This document shows, in pieces, positions 24,246 to 36,975 of a DNA stretch of 64,000 nt. Positions within the stretch are counted from its first letter, which is position 1, and every line of letters begins with the position of its first letter. Made by a program: the position numbers and the translations under genes. The notes below the pieces were generated by a model, which did no database searches, was not told where the DNA came from, and saw only the letters and a program-made list of their open reading frames with translations. Location of the stretch: positions 18,726,001 through 18,790,000 of the forward strand of contig NC_058368.1 in the NCBI RefSeq assembly GCF_018350175.1, given 5' to 3'. Source of the DNA: Felis catus. Its lineage: Eukaryota.

Positions 24246-24939
24246 TTATAGCAGAGAGGTGCGGTCTCGTTTGGGGCTTTCCGAATTCTTACCCTAGCGC
24301 CATCTGGAAGGTGGATGGGAGGGAGTATGGCAGGTGGCAGGGACGAAGCCAATGCATGCACACGCACGTCACTCGATAGTGGGGTACACTCCATACTACG
24401 GGGAAGGTGTGATTTAATCTGAAGGTGAAAGAGGGGAGGAGTCAGGAAAGGGTTCACAAGGCTCCGGAAATGGGTCTTGTTGGAGGAAATGAGAGAACAG
24501 CACAGATGAGAACCCAAACGGTAGAAGTTCAAGGTGTGTAGGAGCAATGACAACAATCCATACCCACTGGGTCCACACTCAGGAGGAGGGCTGGGGAGGA
24601 AGGCCTTCATGGGTCCACACTCAGGAGGCACATGGGACTGAGCACTGTGTCTGAGGGGGCAGGGCTGTGATGATGAGCTGGGCCAGATCCTGCGTCCGTG
24701 AAGGCCATGCTAAGGAATGTGGAATGCACTCCGTAGGTAGCAAGAAGCCTCCTCCTTTATTAGAATGATGCATTTCCTGCCCGCTGATCCACAGAAGGTT
24801 TTCAGAAAAGGAGGGAGGCGGCAGTCGAAGTCTTCCCACCCCACCCCCCCAGCTCTCCCCTGTTCAAGGGAAATGAACCGAATCTCTTCATGCTCCGTTA
24901 TAACCAAGGCAGAGTGTCCTGTCTCCCCCGTGCATGCTA

Positions 24940-25100
24940 GTTAATAAGAACAGCTGAGTTGGCTCTGTCTGAAGTACTTTGACTGCCTTAACTCATCTGA
25001 TCCTTTAAATAAGAGTGATGTTGTTATTTTCCCACTTTATGGATGAGGAAACGAGACACCAAGCCATTAAGGAACTTAGTCAATGTCACCCAACTAGTGA
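24940..25100 (-). mobile_element. MIR
   Basis: cccactttatggatgaggaaacgagac. Confidence 0.7.
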
Positions 25101-26519
25101 TGGGCCAATGGGCAGTCCCGCACAAAAGCGTGCAGAAGAAGGACCAGGGGTTTCTCTGCTAACAAGGGAAAGGATCCTGGCACACGAGTGGCCAGCGTGC
25201 CCCAAAGGGAAGTCAAATTGCCATGTGAGGACTCTTGGGGACAGGGCGGTCAGAGGAAAGGTGCCTCTCACTACACTGGGTGGGCATAAAAACATTCAAA
25301 CACCTCTCTCCACCACCTGCACAGAGGGAGGTCTGCCTTGTGTGGGACTAAACATCAGGCCTCCCAGAGAGAGGGCACAGCAGCCTAGAAAGTGTGACCC
25401 TGCCTAAATGAAGACATTTCTTCTTGGGGTGGGGGGGGGTGTGGAGGGGAGGGCACCTTTCAGCATGGAGGTGAGAGGAGATGGGGCCAGCCTCGAATAC
25501 TGGGGATCACACAGCCAGTCTCCTCTCTCCCCTCCAAGAAAGACACACTCCGGTGCAACTTTAGGAACTGATGCTGGGGACGGGCACTTGAGTGCTCGGA
25601 AGCCACTCCTTTCCTCCCTGGGTGGACACAGGTCTTCCACCTCCACCTTCTGGCCTCAGCCCTGTGACTGCTCTTAAGATATCAGCGCTGCGGGACCGCG
25701 CCAACCCAAAGGTTGTGCGCAGAGATGGGTGAAGTCACTCGGACAGAGCTTCTCAAGGTGGCCTGAGAAGTTCACAGGCGAGAAGGACATCTGCTCGGAT
25801 TCAGGGAAGCCTTCAGTTGGAGAGGGAGGGGCCTGAAATGAAGACCAAATTCCAGGTGAGGCTGGAAGTGGAGAAGGAAACAAAGAAAATCAAACAGTGA
25901 TTTGGTGACAGCCATTAACAGCCCGTGCCAACACTCCACGTCTGTTGACTCGTTTATCGCCTCCATTCTACAGATGAGGCACAGACACGAAGAGCCATTT
26001 TCCCAGTCACTGGAATGGCCCAAATGTGAAGGAGGAGCAGACCGGTTCCAAAGCCCTTTCCTGCACCTGCCACCCTACCACGTGAAAGGCCCTTTTCCCA
26101 GCACGCACTCACTTTCTACCCGACACCAGGGAGTAGGACCGCCAGCCCCTCTGCTTCCTGACCCACGCAGAAGAGAAACAATCCAGAAAGTGTGTGCCAG
26201 GGACAGGAGCGCTTGGCAACAGCACTCCTCCCCGTGCTTTCTCTCCCTCCCCTTCTCCATCACAACCGCTGGGCATCTGACCAGGGGCAACCCTCCTCCC
26301 AAGCCTTCCTTACTTTCGAGGGCTGAAGGACCAAGAACAGTGAGGACGGGGAAAGAGGCAGGGACCTCTCTCCTTTGTTTCCAACTGCCTGAGCCTCTGG
26401 CACATTCAACTTCTTCTGACAGTGGTGAGGCAGACCTCTCCTCTACCTAAGAAGCCCTTAGGATATTAGCTGTGGCAGCTAGGTACACCCTGGGAGGAAG
26501 CCAGACACATTACATTGAA

Positions 26520-26710
26520 AACCTAACTCTGTCTAGGAGACCAACTTCCCCCGGGTCCCTGGGGGAGTCATTAAATGTCTAGATCTTCATTTCCTCCAAG
26601 GTAGAAAAGGGGTAATAATTCTGACCTACCTCACCAGAGTGCCGTAAGTAGGAATAACTAATTAACGCTAGCGAAGCACTTTAAAAGTAAAAAGCACTTT
26701 GCAATAATTA
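26520..26710 (+). mobile_element. MIR
   Basis: catttcctc...ggggtaataattctgacctacctcac...aagcacttt. Confidence 0.65.
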
Positions 26711-27159
26711 ACGTGGTTTCTGCTTTCATCTCCTGCAGCCTCATAAATAGAAGCGAGGTCCCAGATAGCTACAGACGGCAAGAAACATGCCCAGGCAGCG
26801 GCTTTCCCGAGGAGGTACAAGGGCAGATCTGTCAGGGCCATCAAAGTTGTCTCGGGGCTCCCAGCCACCGGAGACCGTTCCAAGCTGACAATTCTAAACC
26901 CATTTGCATCCACTTAGCTTTCTAGAGACCGAGGCCTTTTTCAGTGACAGCAAACAACCATGAATGTGAAGCTCCGAGCAGAGAACACGGAGCAAGAAGG
27001 ATTGGAATATCTCTGGGGCTGCTGCTGACTTGTCTTGAAAAATCAAAATGAACTTTTTTCTTCAAAGGCTTTGCTTTTATTCATCGTCATTATAAAAACA
27101 GTCAAGTCCTTGAGGTCTGCAGAGGCAGCGAAAGCATACAAAACGGGCTTTCTGTGAAA

Positions 27160-27160
27160 C

Positions 27161-27202
<42 letters not shown>
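27160..27202. repeat. (CA)n microsatellite
   Basis: AC run with one interruption. Confidence 0.95.
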
Positions 27203-27205
<3 letters not shown>

Positions 27206-28808
27206 AGTGCTCTAACATTTCTTGTGAGCAACAGGCAACAAGGAAGTCTGAGTTTGGAGTACAACTTTCACCCCTATTGGGCAAATTTTGCCAAATAGTG
27301 TGTGTGCCCTCTCCCAAAAGGCACCCCCTTCGTGAGGATGTTCATATCCGGTGAGGAGCCTTACCGAAGGTAGAAGTGTCTTTAACTGTGCAAAGGGCTG
27401 GCCCCTGGAGGACTGTACCCCCTCTGTCAGCTGTCGCCGTGACAAGGATTTCATCAGTGCGTCACAGAGCTTGTTACCGATGGGGCTGGATGTTGCTGAC
27501 CTGGTTTATTAGTGTAACACCTAATGGTGGTCCTTGTGGTCAAAGGGTGTCTGTGGGTTTGGGCTGGGAATCACCATGCCCAGTAGTGTTTCTTAGGAAA
27601 ATAAGCTCTGATTTCCAAGTAGCTGCCTTGGGGTCTGGAATGCAAGCTGTTTGTAAGAAGGGCACTGGCCTGCAATATTAGACACCGTTTTCCCATTATT
27701 TCAGAGGTGAAGAATGTGGTTATCTTGAATTTCCTCTGGATAGACGGTGTTCCTTTTCTCCTGCTCCCCTGCTTCCTCTTTTCCTTCCTCCACGCCATTT
27801 TATTAGCTGATAAACCATTGGTGGGTCACACGGACGTCCCAGAAGGAAGTTAGGGATAAGTTTGACCAGAAAGGGGCTGAGAGCAGATGACAGATACCAT
27901 AGTCCTGACTCAGGCACTGTGTGGAAACAGGGAAGAGTAAGACTAAGCCTCAGGGCAGTCTGGCGTGTAAGCCCCCCCAAGTCAAGGTCTTGAGAAAGAG
28001 ATGCAAAGAGATAGAGAAAACCTTGGGGGCCCCTTCTGACAAGCAAGTGGTGCACCGTCTTTGGGGAGCCAGACTGTTGCAGAGACAGAGACCGAAAAGG
28101 ACAGTGACCTGGTCCAACAAGGTCATGGGTGACCTTGTCATCCATCATAGACATCCATCATAGACAAGGTGAATGGATGATAACATTTCCTGATAGTTTG
28201 GGTTGGCTCCAGTGAGAGGAGAAAGTAGCACATACCAAAGGCATAAAAATTTGGTCTGATAGGAAAGATGAAAAGGCCACCCTCTCCTCTATAAGAAAGA
28301 AGAAATTCCTTCCCTGAGAGCCATGTGACATTCCTCAAGACTCCCCCCACCCCCACGCCGGTCCCAAGGGAGGGTTCCCAGATGGTAGGTCTGGGGAAAA
28401 AGTGGCATTCAGGCACAGCCTTCTCAAGTCTGGACTCCCCAGCCATATCATGACCCCTCACGAAGCCATCCTTCCATGTGTGGTGAAGGCCAGAATAGAG
28501 AAAGAGTCAGCAGAGATGCCTGCCTTCTACCCTGATCAGTTGTGTGCAGGGGTGAGGTTGGAGACCACACCACAAACGCAACAGCATAGGCACCAGCCAG
28601 CCCGAATGCACATGGCTATGGACAACAGGCTAGACTGACCCTGGGAACATCGGCTAAAGATCAGCCCTCTCAGGCAGCCTTCACAGAGGCAGAAGTCAAG
28701 TCCTCTTCTTCCAAAGAACATTTTAAGACTAAAACAACACAATGCATAAGTGACGGTGTATGATACCCTATTACAGGCTTTGCATTAGGTCATTCTTACA
28801 ATCTTGTG

Positions 28809-29199
28809 TAGGATGGGCTTCCTGGGGGTGTGACCTGTGCTGTCACAAACGACTCCACACCAAAGGACCTGGTTTAATGCTCTGCCATCACTGTCTGGCT
28901 TGTCTAGTCATTTTTTTAAATGTTTTTATTCATTTTTGAGACAGAGACAGAGCATGAGCAGGGGAGGGGCAGAGAGAGAGAAGGAGACAGAGAATCCAAA
29001 GCAGGCTTCAAGCTCTGAGCTGTCAGCACAGAGCCTGACGCGGAGCTCGAACTCACAGACTGTGAGATCATGACCTGAGCCGAAGTCAGACGCCCAACCG
29101 ACTGAGCCACCCAGGCGCCCCAGTCTTAGTCATTTTTGAACAAATAGCTCCACATTTGCATTTGTCACTGGAGCCCCTAAACTATGTAGCCAGTCCCGG
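28809..29199 (+). mobile_element. MER91A-like hAT-Tip100 MITE split by a SINE
   Basis: gtgtgacctgtgctgtcaca...tggtttaatgctctg and tttttgaacaa...tatgtagccagtcc flank the SINE. Confidence 0.75.
28911..29121 (-). mobile_element. Can-SINE
   Basis: Reverse SINE; TSD-like tagtcattttt. Confidence 0.96.
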
Positions 29200-29254
29200 G
29201 TTGGTGAGGTAAAACACACACACACACAAACACACACACACGTATCACAGGTAT

Positions 29255-29400
29255 TACCAACATGCCCATTTTACAGATGAGAAGACTGAGGGTTAGGCAG
29301 GTTAAATGGCTCTGCTAACGTCAGTTAGTAAGCAGCTAACTGCAGCCCCCAGGCATTCTACCTCCCAAACCAGTGTTTACTCTGATTTCTCAATGCAACG
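29255..29400 (-). mobile_element. MIR
   Basis: cccattttacagatgagaagactgagg. Confidence 0.75.
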
Positions 29401-29924
29401 GGCACATGGTCCAGTACCTGCCCAGCTCACCATGACAACTTTCCATTACTGCCCCCCCCCTTCTATGATGACCCTTCAGCCCTGTTTATACCACTTGAGA
29501 TCACCATCCCCAGCCACAGCTGATGCCCAGGCTGGACCAGGCTGGGCTCATTGGACTATCTCTTCCAAGAATCTGGAATTGGCAACCAAAGGGACCGCAG
29601 AGGGAGGTCAAATCGGGAAATCAGTGCGATAGTTGGAACAGAGGATTGGCAGGCCCAGGCACGAAACGACGTGCACCTTCCACTCTTTCGCCTCCACACC
29701 TCGAGTGTGAATTCCCAGAGAGACGCAGTCTAGAAGGGCTCGGGTGCTACGATGCGGCCGGGTGAGAACCATCCAGGAACCTTAGGGAAAATGGCTTCAC
29801 GTGACCTTGCCAGTGGTTGAGAACCTGCCAGGCCTGCCGGTCACCGCAATTACACGAGGATGGCAACTCGTGGCTGGAAACGTTTCTCCTTCGAGCTGCC
29901 ACTATTGCTTAATGTGGAAGAAAC

Positions 29925-30160
29925 ACACAGAGCATTTATGCACCGGGTACTGTTCTGAGTGTTTTACAGAGCACAGCTCATTTAATCCTCCTAACAACCC
30001 GATGAGACAGATTAGTAGCATCACCTCCATTGCACAGGTAAAGAGAGATTCCGTAACTTGCCCGAAGTCACAAAGTTAGCACGTCGTAGAGGCAGGATTT
30101 GAACCACACGGGCTGGCTGCAGGGTCTAGGTTCTGAACCCTCTTTCAAGCTGCCTCTCAG
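29925..30160 (-). mobile_element. MIR
   Basis: ctcatttaatcctcctaacaaccc...ggcaggatttgaacc. Confidence 0.85.
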
Positions 30161-30501
30161 AAGGGGTATTCTGGCCGGTCTGAGAGAAAGAAGGCAACAT
30201 GCAATATCCATTTTTAAGTTTCATTTTACCTTTTCAAGATGCGGTCACACAAAAGTCCTCGCCCACTGGAACCAATGAGGCCTTTGAGCAGTCAAGAGGG
30301 GTGTTACAAAGAGTACACACGACAGAGTGAATGAATACTCAGTCTCTCAGATTCCCATTCCACGCGGGTTTTCTCTGTCTCTGTCTCTGTCTCTCTCTCT
30401 CACACCCACACCCCCACACACACACATACACACGCACACACACGTCCCAAGTGGCTTTGTTGCCCACTTTCCAAGCACACAATAAATTAGAAGGAAATGT
30501 T

Positions 30502-30697
30502 GGGGCGCCCGGGTGGCTCAGTCGGTTAAGCGTCCCCCTCTTCATTTCAGCTCAGGTCACGATCTCACGGTTCGTGAGTTCGAGCCCCGCGTCAGGCTCT
30601 CTGCTGTCAGCGCAGAGCCTGCTTTGGAACCTCCATCGCCCTCTCTCTCTCTGCCCCTGCTCCCCTTCTCAAAAATAAATAAATAAACGTTTAAAAA
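30502..30697 (+). mobile_element. Can-SINE
   Basis: 16-bp TSD aaattagaaggaaatg. Confidence 0.97.
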
Positions 30698-31078
30698 AAA
30701 TTAGAAGGAAATGAAAATCTACTGCAAGCTGGCAAGCTGACAGTATTAAGAAAGCATTACTATGAGCCCGGCAGTAAAAGAGACAGAAACACCCTAAGAG
30801 CAATCATAAACCTTATAAAGAACAGCAGCTCAGCTTTGTGTAAGAACATTCAAACAGCCCTAAACATTTTGACCCTCCATCCCAACTTCTTACACAAACA
30901 AATGCCCTTTTCTCAGCGTGTGAGCCATTCTCAGTGAGGTTATGTATGATTTGCACATGAAGGCATCCTGCCTCCAGGAACAATTGAGATATTTTGCTAT
31001 ATTCGGTATACTATGTTTAAGAAGTAAAGCCGGCAGAGGAGTATGTAACATATTTTTGAAGACAACTAAAATGGTTAC

Positions 31079-31275
31079 TTTTTTAAGCTTATGTATTTAT
31101 TTTGAGACAGAGAAAGAGAGAGCGCATGAGCAGGGGAGGAGCAGAGAGACAGGAGAGGCAGGATCCCAGGCAGCACAGAGCCCCATGCAGGGCTCGATCT
31201 CACAAACCATGAGATTATGACCTGAGCCAAAATCTAGAGTCTTGGACACAACCGGCTGAGCCACCCAGGTGTCCT
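31079..31275 (-). mobile_element. Can-SINE (older)
   Basis: Reverse SINE ending gagccacccaggtgtcct. Confidence 0.92.
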
Positions 31276-31427
31276 ATTTTTTTTTTTTTAATAGCTTAAG
31301 TAGGTAACCAGGAATCAGACATTTTTATTTCTTTATCGTTCGGTGGTTGGTTAGTCTGGGGGGAGGTGCTTGCACTGAATGGCAACGTTTTTTTTTTTTA
31401 GTTCACTACTCTTTAAAAGGTCATGTG

Positions 31428-31641
31428 GGGGCGCCTGGGTGGCTCAGTCGGTTAAGCGTCCGACTCCAGCTCAGGTCATGATCTCGCAGCCCGTGAGTTC
31501 GAGCCCCGTGTCGGGCTCTGGGCTGATGGCTTGGAGCCTGGAGCCTGCTTCCGATTCTGTGTCTCCCTCTCTCTCTGTCCCTCCCCCATTCATGCTCTGT
31601 CTCTCTCTGTCTCAAAAATAAATAAACGTTAAAAAAAAAAA
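31428..31641 (+). mobile_element. Can-SINE
   Basis: Perfect 16-bp TSD tttaaaaggtcatgtg. Confidence 0.97.
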
Positions 31642-31689
31642 TTTAAAAGGTCATGTGCTCTATAGCTCCCCATGGTCCCCACCATTCCT

Positions 31690-31985
31690 TTTTCCAACTG
31701 AATTTTTATTTGGAGATAATTGTAGGTTCACATGCAATTGTATGAAATAATGCAGAGAGATCCCATGTTCCTTTTCCCCAGTCTCCCCCAGCGGTGACAT
31801 CGTGCCAAACTCTCGTACCACAACACTACCAGATACTGACATCGGTGCGGTCAAGATATTGACAGTTCAGTCACCACTGGGTGACAGTATCCTTCATAAA
31901 CACCATCCGCATCCCGTCCCCACCCCCATTCCTGACCTTTTAGTAAACTCTCGTCTGTTCTCCATTGCTATAATTTTGTCATTAG
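31690..31985 (-). mobile_element. L1MC-like 3' end
   Basis: gagataattgtaggttcacatgcaattgtatgaaataatgcagagagatccc. Confidence 0.8.
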
Positions 31986-32480
31986 TCCTGGTCCATGGTA
32001 CGGATGAACCACAGTTACTGAAGGATATTTCCACCTTTCTTTTTTCCTTTATACATAGACTGTCTTCCTCCTTTATATGACCTGCTTCACCCTGTGGGCA
32101 TTTGAACTTGTTACCGCTGGGGTAGAGTCTCCTCTGAGATCTTGAAAACTCAGATATCCAGAATGACTAACTTCCTCTCGTCTCTGTCTATTCAATCTGT
32201 GGATTATACACGTCCACAGTTTTGATGCCAGGAAGGAAAAGTCCCCCAACACAGAGCTGGCTCTCATTCCTCACTACTCGCTGGTGTGCACTCAAGAAAT
32301 GTAACATTGAAAAAACAAAGAAAGAAAGAAAGAAAGAAAGAAATGCAATATTGGAACCCGTATAACCGGGGACGCATGCTGTAAAACTGAAAGACAAATA
32401 TGGAATTCTTTAGAGGTCACCCCTGCTTCGTTTTTTGCCTTCTGGTAGCTCCTCTTGTGAGCATAGATATGAAGGGTTAA

Positions 32481-32705
32481 GGGACACCTGGGTAGCTCAG
32501 TTGGTTAAACATCCAACTCCTAATTTCGGCTCAGGTCATGACCTCATGGTTCGTGGGATCGAGCCCCACATTGGGCTCTGTGCTAGCAGAACAGAGCCTG
32601 TTTGGGATTCCCTCTCTCCTCTCTTTCTGCCCCTCCAGCATGCGTAAGTACACACACACTCTCTCTCTCTCTCAAAATAAACATTTAAAAATTGTTTTTT
32701 AAAAA
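32481..32705 (+). mobile_element. Can-SINE
   Basis: TSD gaagggttaa. Confidence 0.95.
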
Positions 32706-33130
32706 GAAGGGTTAAATCCATTCAGAATTCTCAAGTACCTTATCTTGTACCCTCCCCCCACCCCACTCAGCCCCTTTAGAATGTTCCTGTGCTTAAGTAC
32801 TCTTTCTCAGTTAATCTCCACTTTTTTATCTAGCTAACTTCTGTAACATAGCCTCTTTGTTTTTAAATATCTCATTCTTGTATGGTAAAAATTCTACTAG
32901 CTCTAAGATACTTAACAGCTCCAAGTGTCTCATATAATATACTTTGTTCAATAAATGTTTTTTGAGCACCAACTCTATGTCATGACCATAGTTAATGATT
33001 CTATATGCCCTCGTATCATAAAATAAATTATTTAAGCCGCTAACAGAGTTGTAATTAGGGTGCTCCAGAAATTTTGGGTCTTCCCCCAGCATCTCATTCA
33101 TAGCAAATGCTTTAAAATGTTCTTCACTGA

Positions 33131-33291
33131 GGGGCGCCTGGGTGGCTCAGTTGGCTGAGCATCTGACTTCGGCTCAGGTCATGATCTCACGGTTCGTGGG
33201 TTCGAGCCCCGTGTCGGGCTCTGGGCTGACAGCTCGGAGCCTGGAGCCTGCTTCGAATTCTGTGTCTCCCTCACTCTCTACCCCACTCATA

Positions 33292-33324
<33 letters not shown>

Positions 33325-33366
33325 AAAAATGAATAAACGTGAAAAAAAATTTTTTTAAATAAATGA
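33131..33366 (+). mobile_element. Can-SINE
   Basis: TSD aaatgttctt(c/a)a(c/t)tga. Confidence 0.97.
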
Positions 33367-33989
33367 AATGTTCTTAATTGAATTGACTTGCTAGGATGTC
33401 TTTCTGAAATTGGATGTGTGTGGTTTGGATCAGTGTACCCATCTATTAGCAGCAATAACCTTCTCTTTCTTCCATGATATCATTTCCTTTTATTCTTTCC
33501 CCTTCTTTACTTAAATTCTGAACCCTGGACTACTGCCAATACCACCCTAAGTAACAGCTACAATCAGTGTTGCTCACTTGTCATTCCTTGACATTCACTG
33601 AGGATTTTCTGTGCACTGAGCACTAGGAATCACAGCAAGAACAGCCATTCTACTTGTCCCCAGGACGTAAGTATGGTGAGTATGACGTAAGGTGAGCGTG
33701 GCTGCAAAGTAAGTATGACTTCTTGTGTCACAGACGAGGCACCAGACATGGCATGGCTTTCTCAAAATCTCTGAGTTGATAAATAACAGAACGGCATTCA
33801 AACTCAGGCCTATCTGATGTCAAAGCCCATGCTCCCAGGACGTGGCCAGACCACGTTCCAGGCTCCGAAGCCCCAGAGAAGAACTTCATTCAACTCATCG
33901 ATAAGATCAGTTCTTACCACTGATTTTCCTAGAGGAGAAGAAGCCGTTCAGCTACATCCTCTCTCCAACCGCCAGGCTTCATTTCCTTA

Positions 33990-34362
33990 ATGCTGCAGAT
34001 GAGCTTCCCCGGAAATAGACTTCGGATGGAGACGTAGGTCCAGGAAGGTTCATTAGGGGTGCTCGGTGGATCGAGACCTGTTGGGAGGCAAAGGAAGTAG
34101 GACCGTGTAAAGGGAGACGTTGAACTTCAGTGTCATCAGAATCCAAGCCTCGGCTTACCCATGGAGGTCAGAAATGTCCCAAATTAAGTCAACGGGCCAT
34201 GCCCACAATGATCACTCATTGGTGCAGACCGTCCCAGGAGGTGGGCATGACCTTGGCCCTGGCAAATCCCAGAGAGGGACTCAACAGAGAGCTGTCGGCC
34301 ACCACCGCTCATGGGGTGGAGGAAAGGACAGCTATCTGAGCAGCCACCCTGGCATCTTTACA
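33990..34362 (-). mobile_element. ERVL solo LTR (LTR16-like)
   Basis: ggaaatagacttcggatggaga...ggcaaatcccagagagggactca. Confidence 0.75.
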
Positions 34363-34689
34363 CATAACTCACTCTCTAGCCTCCTTTTCAAACCTCCCAC
34401 TTCTCTTAGAAGATTTCCAGATTGGGTCTGAAGAGAAAGCCAAGCCAATGTGGTACATTTTTCCTATACTCTTCTTCCAGGGATCCCTGTCTTATTTCTT
34501 AATTTATTTGTTCCTTTTTCCCAATGAAGCTAACAGAGTTTATCTCCACTGCCTCGGCTCACCTGAGAACAAATTCAGGGGATAGCTTCCCTGGTTGTTC
34601 AGTGCCCTCCTCTGAAAGAGTGGTCTGGGAATCAAGTCCTGCTGCTGGAGCTAGGGTCAGCCTCTCTTAGTTTGCTTCAACAGCCCTTT

Positions 34690-34973
34690 TCTTGAAACCT
34701 TTCTTTTCCATTCCAGCCCTCCACTCTATCACCAGCACTCAGCTCACCTGTTCTCCATACCTGGACTTTGGCCAAGTCTCCTATCTGCTCCAAACTTGCC
34801 CTCTCAGATGCACCCCCACTCACCTCCTGCTGCCCAGGTGACCCTTCTAGATGCAAACCTACCATGTGACTACTCTTTCCAGGATATGTGTTAAATTCTT
34901 TACTCTCACATTCCAGGCGTGTCTGATCTGGCCAACCTCTTCAGTGTCATTCGACAGCTCCTCTCCTCACCCA

Positions 34974-35014
<41 letters not shown>

Positions 35015-35340
35015 CAGTACTCAACTGTGTGTGGTTTTTCCTCATCTATCACATTATTCCTACCTCCATGCCTTTTTGTACACTGTTCCTTCTGCCTGGA
35101 ACCCTTCCTACAGCAGCTTAATTCCTTCAAGACCCAACTAAGGTGTTTTCTTCTCCAGGAAGTCTTCCCTTCCACCAAGAGCTGGGCTACAGCGCTGTCA
35201 CCCTCAGCCTTGCCCCACATCCTCAGAAGTTATCCGCCATCACTGGCCTGTGAGACCCAGCAGACAGGTCGGAATCTTTCCTTGCCCATGCCTGGCGCAG
35301 AGTAGGAACTCAAGATAAGCGTGGCGAGTTGAACAGATTA
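34690..35340 (+). mobile_element. L2 3' region containing (CA)n at 34976-35011
   Basis: ctgttccttctgcctggaac, ccttcaagacccaact, tgcctggcgcagagtaggaactcaa. Confidence 0.8.
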
Positions 35341-36049
35341 AACCCCCTCCTTAGTGACTACACCAACTCTTTCCTTCATCGCCTACAACTCTCCAACTCC
35401 TTGCTTTTCAAAAGAATGTTTTCCCCAAATATACTCATTTTCTCTATTTTAACAAGGTGATTACCAAGCATAGGCGTGCTCACATGAAGCAAACTGGTGT
35501 TAGGAAAAATCTGTATGGTAAAAGAAAATTTGGGGTGATTATTTGTCTTTATAAAAGGCTGCTAGCCTAGGTTTCTTTAACTAGGGAGCTTCAAATATCT
35601 GCACAAAAAGCATACACAAGACAGAACGCTGGTCTGCAAACTGAGAGTGATGATTACCTTGGGGTTCTTTTGCTTTCTTCTTTATGTTTATATGTATTAC
35701 TTGCATTTTACATAATGATCAGGCCTTATTACTTAAGAATCAGAAAGAAAACACAAACCCATGTTCATTGTGGAAGAAACAAGGAAAAAGTAGGCTTCCA
35801 AGTGATTTTTTTTCTCTTTTAAAGAGGTAAAAAGGTAGAGTTACAAAAACAAACAAACAAACGAACAAAACACCGCAAATGCCTTAATCTCCACGCTTAC
35901 CGGCAAGAATAAATTGCACATTTGTAGGACTTTATGCCAAATGCATTTTGAGTTGTTCAATCTGAAAACGGTTTCTTTCTCTATAATTTCCGGGGGTCCA
36001 TGTTTTAGAAACTGAGTTTGATATCAGGGCACTATTGTGAATGTAAAAA

Positions 36050-36290
36050 GGCAGACATGTACCATGGAGCAAGTTCACAGTCAAGGAGCCTCAAATTCCA
36101 ACCCCCACCATAAACTAACTCTTGGTAAGTCAGTCAAGTTCTCTGAGCCTCCACTGCTTCAAGCGTAAAATGGGAAAATCTCTGCACCACCCACTTCACA
36201 GGTTTCCAATAAAAAGGAGCAAATGAGACAATATATGTACACTCGCGTTAGAAAGTAAGAGGCTGAAGATACCGTGTTAATAAGTGTTAG
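36050..36290 (+). mobile_element. MIR
   Basis: tctctgagcctcc...gtaaaatggg. Confidence 0.65.
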
Positions 36291-36766
36291 CAGGGTGATG
36301 ATTAATAATCATATTTGGATGGCAGTCATTTCCCCCTCTCTTGGAGTCTCTGTCCTGTTCCTCTTGAGGAACAGCCACTTCTGTGAGGATTCTCCTTCTC
36401 CCTTTTGGGATTACCTCCAAGGGCTGTTTTCCATCACCTGGACCAACTCTTAGGCATGCACTTTTTGCTCAACACTCCCTGAAATATTAACCCCCAGGAA
36501 GACGCTGAGTGTTTAAAATAATAGGCAATTATCATCAGCTAAGAAGGAGTCCTGAAATCAAACACTCTTCCTGAACATGTACATGTTTTCCTTTGTCCTT
36601 TTTCGTATTCTTTTTTTTAGGGAAGAGTGTCTCAAAAGATTAATGTAATGAAGCATTTGCGTGCCCAATCTGGAGAATCTTTCTCTTAGCAAGTTTTCGA
36701 ACAGAAAGAGCCATACAACCCATTGGCTTATATCATCCAAGAGAAAAATAAAATCACTCCTGCCTA

Positions 36767-36975
36767 GGGGCGCCTGGGTGGCTCAGTCGGTTAGACGTCC
36801 GACTTCGGCTCAGGTCATGTTCTCACGGTTTGTGGTTCGAGCCTTGCGTCAGGCTCTGTGCCGACAGCTCAGAGCCTGGAGCTTGCTTCCTATTCTGTGT
36901 CTCCCTCTCCCTGGCCCTCCCCCGTTCATGCTCTGTCTCACTCTCTCTCTCTCAAAAATAAACAAAACATTAAAA
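36767..36975 (+). mobile_element. Can-SINE
   Basis: TSD aaaatcact(c/t)ctgc. Confidence 0.96.

Noticed and set aside
25902..26450. 182-aa ORF
   Set aside because: Overlaps a MIR remnant; non-ATG start; no recognisable protein features.
36574..36587. 14-bp palindrome AACATGTACATGTT
   Set aside because: Spacing fits neither a p53 full site nor a GRE; plausible by chance.
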